64,000 nt of DNA from Takakia lepidozioides (taxonomy: Eukaryota; Plantae; Bryophyta): contig CM060732.1 in the NCBI GenBank assembly GCA_030704615.1, positions 2,170,001-2,234,000 of the forward strand, written 5' to 3'. The first letter of the stretch is position 1; each line of letters opens with the position of its first letter. Position numbers and translations under genes: made by a program. Shown here in pieces: positions 61,262-64,000 of this stretch. A model generated the notes under the pieces. The model saw only the letters and a program-made list of their open reading frames with translations, had not been told where the DNA came from and did no database searches.

Positions 61262-64000
61262 TTGAAAGGAAAAGCGGGTGGAGCGGCTTATGGCGGACAG
61301 AAGGCGACCTTTGATGGAGTGTGTTTCAATTGCGGGGAGCCCGGGCGCATGGCCAAGAAGTGCACAAAACCTCGACAATTGAACATGACTCGGGCAACCA
61401 CGGAGCTGTCGGAAGATACCATCAGTCGCTTGGTGGAAGCGGTGGTCGCCAGGACTTACAAGGTAGGTACCTATTCTTGTGAGTTGTATCAGGAAACTGG
61501 CGCCCTGCGTAAAGGGAGTCAGTTATTGTTCGTGGATGGGATAATATCCGGAACTAACGTGTCGTTGTTGGTGGACACAGGAGCGTCGCACTCCTTCATG
61601 ACGCCGGCGGCGGCGCGAAAGTTGGGACTCCCGACAAGTGACGTGGGGGCCTCTATTGAGGTGCGTTCTGCCAAAGGAGAACCACAGTTGGCGACAAGGT
61701 TGGCGTTTGATGTTCCTCTTCAACTGGGGAGTTGGGAGGGACGTGAGAACTTCACCATCTGCGAGATCGATGGAGTGGATCTCATTTTGGGGATGACCTT
61801 TTTGAGCAAATCCGGAGCAGTCATAGATGGCCGCAAGAGAGTAGTCACGCTGCCATGTGGGAATGGTGGCGAGGTTTTACGAATGTCAGAAACGCCCAAA
61901 TCCGTGGGAGGGCGAATAAACCTTCTGTCAGCAAAGGAGTGGGCCGTGGAGGAGGCACACGAGCCCCAATTTTTGCTTTACATTAGAGAAGTGAAAGGAG
62001 AAGGCGATGGGGAGCCGAGCCCAGATTGGATCAAGGGGATTTTGGAGAAATACCAGGATGTGATGCCGGAGGATTTACCAAGCGGCTTGCCACCGCGAAG
62101 AGGAGTTGACCACAAGATTGAGGTGATACCGGGATCGGAACCGCCTGCCAAGGCGCCCTACCGGTTGAGCCACAGAGAGTTGATCGAGCTGAAGACTCAG
62201 CTCAAGGATCTAATGTCAAAGGGGTATATCCGGCCGAGTAAGTCACCTTACGGAGCCCCGGTGCTATTTGCAGACAAGAAGGATGGGACGCTGCGGATGT
62301 GTGTCGATTACAGGGCTCTGAATAAGGTGACTATCAAAAACCGGTACCCTTTGCCAAGGATCGACGACCTCTTCGATCGGTTGGCAGGAGCGAAGTATTT
62401 CAGCCGGATCGACTTGCGCTCCGGCTATCATCAAATTCGGGTGGCGGAAGGAGATGAGGAGAAGACCGCGTGCAGGACAAGGTATGGTTCATATGAGTTC
62501 TTGGTGATGCCTTTTGGGCTCACCAATGCACCAGCGACATTTAGCACGCTGATGAACAGCCTTTTCCAGGAGTGGTTGGATGACTTTGTGATCGTGTACA
62601 TCGACGACATCTTGGTGTACTCGAAAACAAAGGAAGAACACCTGGAGCACCTAAAAAGGGTGTTCCAAAAATTGCGAGAAGGGAAGTTGTATGCCAAAGC
62701 TTCAAAATGCGAATTCGGGGTCACAAAAGTGGAGTTCCTGGGGCATGTGATTACACAGGATGGGATCAAAATGGATGACAGAAAGGTGAGGGCGATCTTG
62801 GACTGGGAGCCTCCGACTTCGGTCCCGGGAGTGCGATCCTTCATAGGACTCGCCTCCTATTACCGGAAGTATGTGAGAAATTTTGCCAAGATCGCGAGGC
62901 CGTTGTCGGACCTTCTGTGTAAATCCAAAGTCTGGGAATGGAATACATTTTGTGGCCAAGCTTTTGCTGAATTGAAGCAGCGGATGGCGGAAGCTCCAGT
63001 CTTGAAAATCCCGAAGTTCGATCGTCCATTTGAGATTCATACAGATGCGTTGGACTTCGCGATTGGGGGTGTACTTATGCAAGATGGACGTCCAGTGGCT
63101 TACGAAAGTAAAAAACTGAATGAAGTGGAGCGACGGTGGCCGACGCACGAAAAAGTGATGAAGGAGGTGGTGCATTGCCTCGAGCTTTGGCGCCACTATG
63201 TTGGTTCCAACCCAATGAAGGTGTTCACGGACAATGTCACGATGAAGTATTTTGCCACGCAGCCCAAGTTGTCTCCAAAACAACTTAGGTGGCAAGATAC
63301 TTTGGCGGTGTTCGACGTGGATATCCAGTACAAACCGGGACGAGACAACGTGGTGACCGATGCTTTAAGTAGAAAGCAGCAGCTCTTGTTGGTGTACAAG
63401 GGCGAGACGACGCTCCAAAGGAAGATCCGGAAGGCTTGCCGGAAGGATGAGCTGGCAAAGTCCGCGATGCAGGACTTGAGGATGGGGGGTAAATCGCAGT
63501 TCCACTTGCAAAATGGACTGCTCCGGTATAAGCAAAAACATCTCTACGTGCCGAAGGGAGGGATCAGAGATAGCCTCTTGAGAGAATGCCATGATAGCCC
63601 GCTTGCGGGCCACGGCGGAGCCAAGCGCACTGCGTCACTCTTGAAGAAAGAGTATTTCTGGCCCAAACTGAAGGAGGAGGCAGAGGAGTATGTCAAGACA
63701 TGCACCACATGCCAACAAAACCGAAGCGAGTACAAAAAGCAAGCGGGGCTGTTACAACCCTTGCCAATTCCAGAGGGGACTTGGGAAAGCGTCTCGATGG
63801 ATTTCATGACTGATATGCCGCTGTCAAAAGGATTCGATGCAATCATGGTGGTGGTGGATAGGTTCAGTAAAATGGGCCATTTCATCCCCACCAAGGAGAC
63901 GGCAACGGCGCAGGAGACAGGGCGACTTTACTTCGCCCACGTCTTAAAACATCATGGAGTCCCGAAGGATATTGTCTCGGACCGCGATCCAAAGTTTACG
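61262..64000 (+). CDS. Knuckle-PR-RT-RH-IN frame of A2, apparently open to the window end (missing from the ORF track because it has no stop)
   Basis: Manual translation: [68 protein letters not shown]. Confidence 0.88.
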   Translation, partial: MKGKAGGAAYGGQKATFDGVCFNCGEPGRMAKKCTKPRQLNMTRATTELSEDTISRLVEAVVARTYKVGTYSCELYQETGALRKGSQLLFVDGIISGTNVSLLVDTGASHSFMTPAAARKLGLPTSDVGASIEVRSAKGEPQLATRLAFDVPLQLGSWEGRENFTICEIDGVDLILGMTFLSKSGAVIDGRKRVVTLPCGNGGEVLRMSETPKSVGGRINLLSAKEWAVEEAHEPQFLLYIREVKGEGDGEPSPDWIKGILEKYQDVMPEDLPSGLPPRRGVDHKIEVIPGSEPPAKAPYRLSHRELIELKTQLKDLMSKGYIRPSKSPYGAPVLFADKKDGTLRMCVDYRALNKVTIKNRYPLPRIDDLFDRLAGAKYFSRIDLRSGYHQIRVAEGDEEKTACRTRYGSYEFLVMPFGLTNAPATFSTLMNSLFQEWLDDFVIVYIDDILVYSKTKEEHLEHLKRVFQKLREGKLYAKASKCEFGVTKVEFLGHVITQDGIKMDDRKVRAILDWEPPTSVPGVRSFIGLASYYRKYVRNFAKIARPLSDLLCKSKVWEWNTFCGQAFAELKQRMAEAPVLKIPKFDRPFEIHTDALDFAIGGVLMQDGRPVAYESKKLNEVERRWPTHEKVMKEVVHCLELWRHYVGSNPMKVFTDNVTMKYFATQPKLSPKQLRWQDTLAVFDVDIQYKPGRDNVVTDALSRKQQLLLVYKGETTLQRKIRKACRKDELAKSAMQDLRMGGKSQFHLQNGLLRYKQKHLYVPKGGIRDSLLRECHDSPLAGHGGAKRTASLLKKEYFWPKLKEEAEEYVKTCTTCQQNRSEYKKQAGLLQPLPIPEGTWESVSMDFMTDMPLSKGFDAIMVVVDRFSKMGHFIPTKETATAQETGRLYFAHVLKHHGVPKDIVSDRDPKFT

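Larger units (their letters stand above)
59595..64000 (+). mobile_element. Galadriel-like Ty3/gypsy element A2 (runs off the window end)
   Basis: LTR 59595-60312, PBS TGGTATCAGAGC at 60315-60326; gag-pol closely similar to A1. Confidence 0.93.

Noticed and set aside
1562-63894. Antisense ORFs overlapping gag/pol (Ser/Leu/Phe-rich)
   Set aside because: Shadow frames of purine-rich retroelement coding strands with no independent motifs

Overview
Eukaryotic repeat DNA, most likely centromeric or pericentromeric, from a plant (the element lineages suggest a non-seed plant such as a bryophyte; this is inference). No intact host gene is visible. Left to right: (1) a minus-strand Galadriel-like Ty3/gypsy element (A1, <1-15853) with an unrelated gypsy element (B, 623-11494) nested in its integrase; (2) a 250-bp orphan coding fragment; (3) a truncated, internally triplicated Athila-like element (C1, 16103-26382); (4) an ~18-kb array of a 116-bp satellite whose monomer contains a 17-bp-arm palindrome and which is organised into layered higher-order repeats (4/5-, 8-, 16- and 21-mers plus a ~6.66-kb super-unit), split by a full-length Athila-like copy (C2, 42402-55545, 5-bp TSD); (5) a short block of interleaved inverted and direct repeats; (6) a spliced, frameshifted gene whose product has the motif order of a bacterial-type beta-class N6-adenine/N4-cytosine DNA methyltransferase (57667-59441); (7) a second Galadriel-like element (A2, 59595->64000, plus strand). 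The most unusual items are the intron-containing amino-MTase-like gene next to the satellite, the three tandem paralogous small ORFs and duplicated degenerate RNase H in element B, the selectively constrained 5' extra ORF in family C, and the HOR/palindrome architecture of the satellite. All alignments and counts were done by eye. Many 1-bp homopolymer indels look like long-read consensus error.
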